Shown one piece after another: positions 17,282 to 25,341 of a DNA stretch of 28,781 bases. A program made the translations under genes and the position numbers. The DNA comes from Thermodesulfobacteriota bacterium (GTDB taxonomy: Bacteria > Desulfobacterota > Desulfobulbia > Desulfobulbales > SURF-16), in NCBI GenBank assembly GCA_039715015.1, contig JBDLIE010000032.1, positions 1-28,781 of the forward strand, written 5' to 3'. The notes beneath the pieces were generated by a model, which was not told the origin of the DNA, did not search any database, and saw only the letters and a program-made list of their open reading frames with translations. The first letter of the stretch is position 1; every line of letters begins with the position of its first letter.

Positions 17282-20055
17282 GCAAGGACTACACACAGCA
17301 TCTCAGCCACGGCGATATTCTGGTCGTTGATGATGAAACGTTCAACCTCAAATTTCTGACGGAGGTCCTCTCCCAGGCCGGCTACCGGGTGCGGCCCGCC
17401 ACTGATGGTGAATTGGCCCTGCGCAGTGTCCTGGCCAAACCACCCGAACTGGTCCTGCTGGATATAAAAATGCCTGGCATGAGCGGCATCGAGGTGTGCC
17501 GCCGCCTCAAGGCTGATCCAGTCACACAGGATATTCCGGTTATATTTCTCAGCGCTCTGCAGGAAACCGACATGAAGGTAAAGGCCCTCAAGGAGGGCGC
17601 AGTTGATTATGTCACCAAACCCATCGAGTCTGCAGAGGTCCTGGCCAGAATTGCCAGCCATCTTAACAGCTACCGGCTGCAACAGAGACTGGCCAGCCAA
17701 TCTGAAGAATTGCTTAAAGAAATCGAAGAGCGCAAACGGGCAGAGCAATCCCTGAAGGAGGCGGAACAACGCTTCCGCCTCCTTTATGAACAGGCGCCTT
17801 TGCCCTACCAGTCCCTGGATAATGATGGTCATATCATCGAGGTGAATGGCGAGTGGCTGAAGACCTTGGGCTATAGCCGGCAGGAGGTAATCGGCAGGCC
17901 CCTTACTGATTTTTTGCCAGCCAGAGGGAAGGATATCTTTGCTGAAGAATTCCCCCGGTTCAAGGCCGAAGGCGAGGTCCTTGGGGTGGAGATCGCCATG
18001 CTCAAAAAGGATGGCCGCACCATCATCGTTTCCTTAAACGGCAAAATAGCCCAGGATGATCTGCATCATGCCATCCAGACCCACTGTATCTTCAAAGATA
18101 TTACGACGCAGAGGCGCATGGAAGAAAAGCTGCGCAGGAGCGAGGAGAGTTACCGGGAACTCATTGAATCCACCGGCGATCTGGTAACCCGTGTCGATGG
18201 TGAGGGGAAATTTGTCTTTGTCAATCATATGGCCGTAAAGATTTTCGGCCTCGCCCCTGAGGCATTAGTCGGCATGCCTGCCTTCCCGTTTGTCCATCCG
18301 GATGATCAGCAGGCAACAGAGGCCTGGTTCGAGGAATGTGTCAGCGCCAAGGCCAGCCAGGCCACTTTTGAAAACAGGCAGGTGCATCAGGGAACTGGCG
18401 AGGCCCATTGTCTTCTCTGGACCAGCAATTTCCACTATGATAACAACGGCGAGGTCGACGGAGTCTATGGCATTGGCCATGACATCACCGAGCGCAAAGA
18501 GGCGGAAGAGAAGCTCAAAGACATGAGCGAGCAGCTCTCGTTACTATTGGAATCCCTGCCCGTGGTGGTCTACACCCGTCAATGCCAAGGCGATTTGGGC
18601 CTCACCTTTGTCAGCAGCAGGATCGATGAAATTACCGGCTTTGCGCCGGACAAATTTATTACGGAACCAACATTCTGGGCCGACCATCTCCACCCGGAGG
18701 ATAAATACAAGGTGGTGCAAGAACTGGCAACCGTTCTCCAGCAGGGGAGATCTTATGATTCATATCGCTTCCAGAGTGCTGATGGCTCCTATAAATGGTT
18801 TAGCTGCACCTGCCGCCTTGTCAAATTTCCTGACGGCAGCAATAGCCATATTGTCGGCACCTGGCAGGATATTACCGAGGAAAAAAGGCTCCAGCTGGAG
18901 TCTGATCAGCAGCTGGAGCAAATTATCCAGGCTGACAAGCTCTCCTCCCTGGGGGAGGTGGTGGCTGGGGTGGCCCATGAGATCAACAACCCCAACAGCT
19001 TTATCACCTATAATGTCCCTCTCCTTGCGGAGATCTGGCAGGTGCTGGAGCCCCTGATTGACCGCCAGACCTCTCCCCTTCTGCAATCAGGCCTCTCCGT
19101 CGCTGAATGCTGTCAGGACATGGAGGAGATAATCAGCGCCATCCAGACGGGTTCTGAACGGATAAACAAGGTGGTGAACAACCTCAAGGACTTTGCCCGT
19201 TTGGACGAGGACTCTCACTCTGAGCCTGTGCAGATCAACGAGGTGGTGGACAAGGCCTATAGTATTGTCGGGGCCCAGGTCCGGAAATCAACCGCTCATA
19301 TCACCCTCAACCTGGAACAAGACATGCCCCTGATCCAGGGTCATTTCCAAAAGCTTGAACAGGTGGTGGCCAATCTTTTAATTAATGCGGCCCATGCCAT
19401 TAACGATAAACAGCAGGGCAAGATATCTGTTTCCAGTCATTACAGTGAGAGATTACAGTCCATTGTGGTGAGCATTGAGGATAATGGCATGGGCATAGAT
19501 CCTGAAACAACAGCGCGCATCTTTGAGCCCTTTTTCACCACAAAAAGAAACAGTGGCGGCACCGGCCTAGGCCTTTCCGTCTCCTATGGACTCATCCAGG
19601 AGCATAACGGCCTTATCGCCCTCTATTCCCGTCCGGGTCTTGGCAGCCGCTTTTCCCTCTTGTTGCCCATTACCGAGGAGAGTAAACCGCTGCGGCTGCA
19701 GCCGGCCATCCTTTGCCTCTGTGACAAAGAGCCTTGCCAATGCGCATCATTTTTTGCTGATGCTGACCAGCAGATGTTCTCTATCCCCCCAGAACCGGCC
19801 AAACTTCCGGCCTTTTTAGCGGACCATCCGGAGGTGGACCTTGTCTTTATTGATCTGCGGCCTTCTCAAAACAGAGCGAAGATTATGGGCCAGCTTAAAA
19901 AAGACTTTCCTTTACTAACGATTATTGCCTCCTCTTTCCCTGTGGAGAAAGAGGAGGACAAGGCTGCCTCACTGGCTGATTTCCTTTTGCCATACCCTGT
20001 GCAGCTTCCGCAGGTTCTGGACCTGGTTAACTCCATCAGCAGGGTGCGACTATGA
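17278..20055 (+). CDS. Cytoplasmic REC-PAS(x3)-histidine kinase with a degenerate C-terminal receiver
   Basis: N-terminal receiver (VDDE, LLD, TKP), three PAS/PAC units, H-box [26 protein letters not shown] overlaps with both neighbouring genes. Confidence 0.93.
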   Translation: MSKDYTQHLSHGDILVVDDETFNLKFLTEVLSQAGYRVRPATDGELALRSVLAKPPELVLLDIKMPGMSGIEVCRRLKADPVTQDIPVIFLSALQETDMKVKALKEGAVDYVTKPIESAEVLARIASHLNSYRLQQRLASQSEELLKEIEERKRAEQSLKEAEQRFRLLYEQAPLPYQSLDNDGHIIEVNGEWLKTLGYSRQEVIGRPLTDFLPARGKDIFAEEFPRFKAEGEVLGVEIAMLKKDGRTIIVSLNGKIAQDDLHHAIQTHCIFKDITTQRRMEEKLRRSEESYRELIESTGDLVTRVDGEGKFVFVNHMAVKIFGLAPEALVGMPAFPFVHPDDQQATEAWFEECVSAKASQATFENRQVHQGTGEAHCLLWTSNFHYDNNGEVDGVYGIGHDITERKEAEEKLKDMSEQLSLLLESLPVVVYTRQCQGDLGLTFVSSRIDEITGFAPDKFITEPTFWADHLHPEDKYKVVQELATVLQQGRSYDSYRFQSADGSYKWFSCTCRLVKFPDGSNSHIVGTWQDITEEKRLQLESDQQLEQIIQADKLSSLGEVVAGVAHEINNPNSFITYNVPLLAEIWQVLEPLIDRQTSPLLQSGLSVAECCQDMEEIISAIQTGSERINKVVNNLKDFARLDEDSHSEPVQINEVVDKAYSIVGAQVRKSTAHITLNLEQDMPLIQGHFQKLEQVVANLLINAAHAINDKQQGKISVSSHYSERLQSIVVSIEDNGMGIDPETTARIFEPFFTTKRNSGGTGLGLSVSYGLIQEHNGLIALYSRPGLGSRFSLLLPITEESKPLRLQPAILCLCDKEPCQCASFFADADQQMFSIPPEPAKLPAFLADHPEVDLVFIDLRPSQNRAKIMGQLKKDFPLLTIIASSFPVEKEEDKAASLADFLLPYPVQLPQVLDLVNSISRVRL

Positions 20056-21422
20056 GAATACTCCTTGTTGACGATGAACAGATAGCCCTCACCTCAGTAA
20101 AACGCCTGCTCAAGCATCAGGGCCTGCGCCAGGTGGACATTTGTGATAATGGCCAGGAGGCCATAGAGGCGATCAAAAATAATGACTATGATGTGGTCCT
20201 CCTTGATCTGCTGATGCCGGAGATTGACGGTCTCCAGGTTCTGGAGGCCGGCAAGCCCTTTAGGCCCCATACCGAATTTATTCTCCTCACGGCGGTGGAC
20301 GATATCAGTCATGCGGTCAAGGCCATTCGCCTGGGGGCCTATGACTACCTGATCAAACCGGTGGAGAATGAACGGCTCTTCCGGGTCATTGACCACGCCT
20401 TTGAGAGACGGGCCATGCGGACCAGCCTGCCCAGCACCTCTTCTCTTCAGGAACAGGAAGAGGTCAGTCAGGCCTTCCCGGAAATTATCAGCCAAAGCCC
20501 CCGCATCCAGAAGTTACTCCACTATGCCGAGATGATGGCCCGCACTGATAACCCCATTCTCATAACCGGTGAATCCGGGACAGGTAAAGAACTGATAGCC
20601 CATGCCATCCACCGCCTTAGTGGATATGGCGAAGGGCCCTTTGTGCCGGTTAATGTCTGTTCTGTGGCCGAATCGATGTTTGAGAGCCAGTTCTTCGGCC
20701 ATGTCCAGGGGGCCTTTACCGGGGCCAATCGAGATTATCCAGGTTTTTTTGAACAGGCCCATGGCGGCACCCTGTTTCTCGATGAAATAGGCGAGTTGCC
20801 CCTTAACCTGCAGGCCAAATTCCTCCGCGTCTTGGAAGAAAAGACCATCACCCGCCTTGGTGACCCGCAGCCGGCCAAGGTGGATGTCCGCATTGTCTCA
20901 GCCACCAATGTTGATCTTGATAAGGCCTGCCAGGAGGGTAAATTCAGGTTGGACCTTATCTACCGTCTCAAGGCCGCCCACATTTACCTGCCACCCCTGC
21001 GGGAAAGACCGAGAGATCTTTCCCTTCTGGCCCGTCATTTCCTGCAAAAGGCGGCTGCCAAGCATAACAAGCATATCCATGATTTCAGCCCTGACGCCCT
21101 GGATAGCCTGGGCCAAAAACAATTCCCCGGCAACATTCGTGAATTAGCCCAATTGGTTGAAAATGCCGTCCTCCAGGCTGATGAAGACCTTATTTTACCC
21201 CACCATTTTGGTGAAAAGCAGGCGCCGGCCACTTTCTTGGGACAAAGTTTATGCAGCCTTAAGGAGAACGCTGATAAACATCTGCTCTACGTTCTCTCCC
21301 AGAGCAAGGGTGACCGTCCACAGGCCGCCAAGATCTTGGGGGTCACCGTTCGCCAGGTTCAACGAAAACTGGCCAAGCTCAAAAAGGACCCGCGCTGGCA
21401 TGAGCTCACAGCAAACCTTTAA
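20052..21422 (+). CDS. Sigma54-dependent response regulator (NtrC family enhancer-binding protein)
   Basis: Receiver domain, Walker A GESGTGKE, GAFTGA loop, Walker B LFLDE, FPGNIREL and a C-terminal Fis-type HTH. Confidence 0.95.
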   Translation: MRILLVDDEQIALTSVKRLLKHQGLRQVDICDNGQEAIEAIKNNDYDVVLLDLLMPEIDGLQVLEAGKPFRPHTEFILLTAVDDISHAVKAIRLGAYDYLIKPVENERLFRVIDHAFERRAMRTSLPSTSSLQEQEEVSQAFPEIISQSPRIQKLLHYAEMMARTDNPILITGESGTGKELIAHAIHRLSGYGEGPFVPVNVCSVAESMFESQFFGHVQGAFTGANRDYPGFFEQAHGGTLFLDEIGELPLNLQAKFLRVLEEKTITRLGDPQPAKVDVRIVSATNVDLDKACQEGKFRLDLIYRLKAAHIYLPPLRERPRDLSLLARHFLQKAAAKHNKHIHDFSPDALDSLGQKQFPGNIRELAQLVENAVLQADEDLILPHHFGEKQAPATFLGQSLCSLKENADKHLLYVLSQSKGDRPQAAKILGVTVRQVQRKLAKLKKDPRWHELTANL

Positions 21423-21784
21423 AAAACTATTCCCCACTGCCCTTGACCATGTGCCAGCCCCTCCCATTGCAGCAGGCCTTCACTCATCTCCTGACCAACG
21501 CCTATCAAGCCATTGAGGAGCAAGGGGTCATTACCGTGACAACAAGGCCTGAAAATAATGGCGTTAGCCTTTCCATCGCCGATAACGGTACCGGTATCCC
21601 GGCCAAGGACATTGAGCGCATATTCGAACCCTTTTTCACCACGCAAGAGGTCGGTGCTGGTATGGGGCTCGGCTTGAGCCTGGCCTACGATACAATCAGC
21701 AGCAAAGATCACGGCACAATCAAGGTCCAAAGCAATCCTGGACAAAAAACCATCTTCACCCTCCATATTCCCAGCCAAACATAA
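21422..21784 (+). pseudogene. Orphan HATPase_c (histidine kinase catalytic domain) fragment
   Basis: KNYSPLPLTMCQP..LQQAFTHLLTNAYQAI, DNGTG, FEPFFTT and GMGLGL are present, but there is no H-box and no clear RBS. Kinase-like sequence extends upstream of the called TTG/ATG to the stop codon of the preceding gene. Confidence 0.65.
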
Positions 21785-21787
21785 CGG

Positions 21788-21845
21788 AAAAAGCTGGTGG
21801 CGGGCCTGCGCCCCGCACCAGGGGGACGCAGGCCCGCCACCGGCT
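21788..21845. terminator. Strong GC-rich hairpin; terminator-like on the minus strand
   Basis: Perfect 15-bp arms GGTGGCGGGCCTGCG (21796-21810) / CGCAGGCCCGCCACC (21827-21841). The A5 run at 21788-21792 gives a U-tract only on the minus strand. Confidence 0.6.
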
Positions 21846-21975
21846 GCGACTTTTATGTCGTTTGCCGGGGGACATAAAGGTCGCAGCCCTCCAAACCCTT
21901 GGCAGGCAAGGCATCCGACGGTGTGCTTCTTATCTTCTCAACCTTTGACGTGCCACCCCATGACATTTCAGTCGC
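21846..21975. promoter_or_regulatory. Three copies of a GACAT-N4-GTCGC motif, putative upstream activator sites for a sigma54 activator
   Basis: GCGACTTTTATGTCG (21846-21860, reverse orientation), GGACATAAAGGTCGC (21870-21884) and TGACATTTCAGTCGC (21961-21975), about 90-220 bp upstream of the -24 element. Confidence 0.65.
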
Positions 21976-22063
21976 CAGAGGGCCCAGTGCCACTCTCCTA
22001 TCCCATAGATTTATCCAGAATCATTACAACCTGTTACCTCTTTTTTCTCCCTCTGCATGGCTG

Positions 22064-22079
22064 TGGCACAGTGATTGCT
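22064..22079 (+). promoter_or_regulatory. Sigma54 (RpoN) -24/-12 promoter
   Basis: TGGCAC-AGTGA-TTGCT matches the TGGCAC-N5-TTGC consensus exactly, 66 nt upstream of the ATG at 22146. Confidence 0.85.
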
Positions 22080-22145
22080 CAACAAATAAGAAGATGAGGC
22101 AAATAACAGCCTCGGGCACCTCATTGCATTGGCGGACCGGCAGAC

Positions 22146-22568
22146 ATGGTTAAAAAAATCAAAAAAATTCTGATTGTTGATGATGAGATACAGATCGTTA
22201 AGGCAATAGAACGCCATCTGTCCAGAACCGGATTTACTGTGGGTTCAGCTGATACCATCAAGGAGGCCAGGGAGAAAATAGATAAGGAAGCCCGTAACCA
22301 CGCGCCCTTTGACCTGTTGATCACTGATGTCATGATGCCAAGCGGCAGTGGCATTGACCTCTCGCAGTGGCTCAAAAAAAGTTACCCGGATATTTCAGTA
22401 CTCTTTATCTCTGGATACGGTGTCAAAGACCTGGTTACGGATGCAGTGGATTTGACCCTGGATGATTTTTGCCAAAAGCCCTTTACCCCCAGCAAACTGC
22501 TGGCAACAATTCACTGTATTGACCAGAGACGCCAGAAGCGCAATCTGGTCCCGGGCAAGGGACAATAA
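22146..22568 (+). CDS. Single-domain response regulator
   Basis: ILIVDDE, LITDVMMP, ISG and QKPF motifs; no output domain. Confidence 0.9.
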   Translation: MVKKIKKILIVDDEIQIVKAIERHLSRTGFTVGSADTIKEAREKIDKEARNHAPFDLLITDVMMPSGSGIDLSQWLKKSYPDISVLFISGYGVKDLVTDAVDLTLDDFCQKPFTPSKLLATIHCIDQRRQKRNLVPGKGQ

Positions 22569-24595
22569 TGACTTCCTTGCTGACAAATTTTTTCAATAAA
22601 CCCCGCCGGATGGCGGATCGCCCTTTTCTATTTTTCTTTAATAAAAAACAGAAAATTTCAGCTGATTTTCAGCAGCAGGTAGCAAACAGCTTGCAGGAAT
22701 TTATCAGCAGCCAGGAAAAGGCCTTGGCTGCTGCTGATTCAAAATTCCTGGCCCTGGGCCAGGACATGCAAAATCTGTACAGCGACACCTCGGCCCTGGC
22801 CCTGAAGATTCGTGAATCTGCGGGGCTAATTGCAGGGGATGAAGATGAAAGCGTCCTGACTCGGCTTGGCCTCAGCATTAGAGATTCCCTAACCACCCTT
22901 GAGACGTGCCAGGATGATGTTGGCGCTAACTTGCAGCATATTGACAACTTAAGCAAGCAGCTCCATGATTTTTACCGGATGTGTCCGGTACTCGAAAGAA
23001 TAGCCCATTATCTCAGGATTATAGGCCTGAACATGTGCGTTGAGTGTTCCCAGTCCCCTGAGGCCACCAAACTCTTTATGGTCAATGCCCATGAGATTAA
23101 AAAATTTGCGGAAAACGTCGTTGAAATCACCGGCATGCTCCAGGATGACTCCTCTACTGCCAGAAAGGACCTGTTAACGGTCCATGGCCACATCTCTCAA
23201 GGGCTCACAGAGTTGCAGGACTTAGCCCATTCTGCCTCGCAGATTATCCGAGAGGCCTTTCAGAAAATTGAAGAATTAATCCAGCTTGCTCTGGCGGCCA
23301 TGGAACAGGCCAGTGGTCGCTCCCAGGTGATTGCCAGCCAGGTGGGCGATATTGTTGTGGCAATTCAATTCCATGACAGCATGAACCAACGCCTGGAACA
23401 TGTGCATGACTCCCTGCATGATGCTGTGCGCCGTTGTCTGGCAGAAAGTGAAGGTTCTGCCTCTGAACAGAAAAAACCCGAGAGAATGGCTGATCTGCGG
23501 GCCCTCATCACTCTCCAGGCCGGTCAGATCAGAGAGATTATAAGCGGCATCGAAGAAGTTTTTGGCCAAAACAGAAACGCCTTTGCTGAAATCGGCAAGG
23601 AAGTGGCTGGTCTCGCCGCCATCCTCGTTTCCCTGGCCACTGACCGTGATCAAGGTTTATCCAGCCCTTCAGAGGTGCCGGCGGATTCCTTTGCCGCCTT
23701 GCAATCCGCCCTTCACCAGTTAGGCCCACTCCTCAATCAGGGCAGAGACCAGGTGGTCCAGATGGAGGACACAGGTAGCCAAGCAACTGAGACGGCTGGC
23801 CGATTGCTGCGCCATATTGATCAGGTCCGGGCCATACGCCACGAAACCTTGATTAAGTCACTCAACAGCATTGTTAAGGCCTGCCGGCTGGGCCAGAAAG
23901 GCAGAGCCATTGCGGTCTTGGCAGAGGAAATGAAAAAACTGTCAGACCAGTCAGGTGATTTCGTTGTCGATGTCGAGAAAATCCATACCCGTATTGGCCA
24001 GGCTATTAGCAAGCTCCAGGTCCAGGACCAGGAGAAATTAGCCGAAGACCATACTGGTCCAAGCCTGGACAGAGATATTAAAGAGACAAGCCAGGCCTAT
24101 GAGCTCTTTGCCAGGGGGTCAGCCACGGCATTGCAGCAGGCCAGGGAGCTAGAAGAGGTCATTGCTCAAATTTCGACGGACCTTGATTTCCTGCCCACCC
24201 TGGCCAGAGAACTTAGCAAGAACCTGGGGCAGCTTGAGGAGCTTGCAGAGCGCCTCTCGCCCTGGGCCAGTGAACTCAGCTCAGAGGCAAAGGCAGAGGC
24301 TGCTAAGTTGGCAACACGATACACCATGGACCAGGAGCGCCTGGTTCACCAACAGGTTGTTGGCGCTGACAATACTTCCTTTGAGATTGCGGCAGAAAAA
24401 TCCCCCCAGGCTGAGGGAGAGATCCCGGCGGGGGATGAGCTGGACGATTTTGAGCTCTTTGCTGATGACAACGATGATCTTGACGGTGGCGAGGAAGCAA
24501 CCATGAGTGCCGCCGCCCCCAGCGATACTCCTCCTGGGCCGCCAGAGGAGCGGAAGGACGATGATGATTTCGGCGACAATATTGAACTCTTTTAA
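22568..24595 (+). CDS. Soluble atypical methyl-accepting-chemotaxis-like protein with two degenerate signalling tips
   Basis: Coiled-coil protein without TM segments. Two MCP tip-like segments (LRIIGLNM.VE...F.V.A.EIKK and SLNSIVKA.RLG..GRAIAVLAEEMKKLS), QFHDSMNQRLEHV, RYTMDQER and a C-terminal GDNIELF. The exact start is uncertain. Confidence 0.75.
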   Translation: MTSLLTNFFNKPRRMADRPFLFFFNKKQKISADFQQQVANSLQEFISSQEKALAAADSKFLALGQDMQNLYSDTSALALKIRESAGLIAGDEDESVLTRLGLSIRDSLTTLETCQDDVGANLQHIDNLSKQLHDFYRMCPVLERIAHYLRIIGLNMCVECSQSPEATKLFMVNAHEIKKFAENVVEITGMLQDDSSTARKDLLTVHGHISQGLTELQDLAHSASQIIREAFQKIEELIQLALAAMEQASGRSQVIASQVGDIVVAIQFHDSMNQRLEHVHDSLHDAVRRCLAESEGSASEQKKPERMADLRALITLQAGQIREIISGIEEVFGQNRNAFAEIGKEVAGLAAILVSLATDRDQGLSSPSEVPADSFAALQSALHQLGPLLNQGRDQVVQMEDTGSQATETAGRLLRHIDQVRAIRHETLIKSLNSIVKACRLGQKGRAIAVLAEEMKKLSDQSGDFVVDVEKIHTRIGQAISKLQVQDQEKLAEDHTGPSLDRDIKETSQAYELFARGSATALQQARELEEVIAQISTDLDFLPTLARELSKNLGQLEELAERLSPWASELSSEAKAEAAKLATRYTMDQERLVHQQVVGADNTSFEIAAEKSPQAEGEIPAGDELDDFELFADDNDDLDGGEEATMSAAAPSDTPPGPPEERKDDDDFGDNIELF

Positions 24596-24604
24596 GGGGA
24601 GATC

Positions 24605-24931
24605 TTGAAAAAGGACATGGAATCTAAATTGGAAATAACTGATGGGATTGGTGAGTTGCTGCTTGTCGGCAGCCTGACCATAGAGCAGGCAGAGGACTTA
24701 AAGGCGCTGTTGCTGCAAGCCCTGCACGATACGGAGAGCTTGACCATTGACCTGGCCCAAATAACCAGGGCAGATCTCTCCTGTTTACAGCTCTTGAACT
24801 CAATCAGCACTAACTACCAGGGACTAAACAAAGCCCTGACCTGGCAGGGCAAAGATTCGCAGGTCATCAAGCAGGTTATGGCAGAGGCGGGTTACAGCTG
24901 TTTGGGAACATGTAGCCTGGATCATGATTAA
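24605..24931 (+). CDS. STAS domain protein
   Basis: L.GSLTI..A..LK..LL, IDLAQIT.ADLSCLQLL (STAS DxS motif). Alternative start at ATG 24617. Confidence 0.85.
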   Translation: MKKDMESKLEITDGIGELLLVGSLTIEQAEDLKALLLQALHDTESLTIDLAQITRADLSCLQLLNSISTNYQGLNKALTWQGKDSQVIKQVMAEAGYSCLGTCSLDHD

Positions 24932-24960
24932 AAACGGATGAAAGGCGAAGGAGTTTAAAA

Positions 24961-25326
24961 ATGGCAAAAATTATCGTCACTGTTGATGATTCGGCAAGTA
25001 TACGGCAAATGGTCAATTTTACCCTTACCAATGCCGGCTATGAGGTAATAGAGGCCGAAGATGGCCAGGATGCCTTGAGTAAACTGGGCAACAGGGCTGT
25101 GGACCTGGTGCTCACGGACCTCAACATGCCCAATATGAACGGCGTGGAGTTGATCAAGGCCCTGCGGGCAAATGCCGTCTACAAGTTCACGCCCATGGTG
25201 CTGCTGACCACCGAATCCCAGGCAGACAAAAAACAGGAGGGCAAGGCCGCCGGAGCTACGGGCTGGATAGTCAAACCCTTCAAGCAGGAAAAGCTGTTGG
25301 CAGTGGTAAAAAAGCTGGTGGGTTAG
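24961..25326 (+). CDS. cheY: Chemotaxis response regulator CheY
   Basis: VDDS, TDLNMP, LTTES and GATGWIVKPF motifs, GGAG RBS, directly upstream of cheA. Confidence 0.92.
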   Translation: MAKIIVTVDDSASIRQMVNFTLTNAGYEVIEAEDGQDALSKLGNRAVDLVLTDLNMPNMNGVELIKALRANAVYKFTPMVLLTTESQADKKQEGKAAGATGWIVKPFKQEKLLAVVKKLVG

Positions 25327-25341
25327 GGGAGGATTTTTTTA

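Noticed and set aside
21413..21426. CTT TAA resembling the prfB-type +1 frameshift site
   Set aside because: The +1 frame gives a short unrecognisable peptide; the HATPase lies in the -1 frame.
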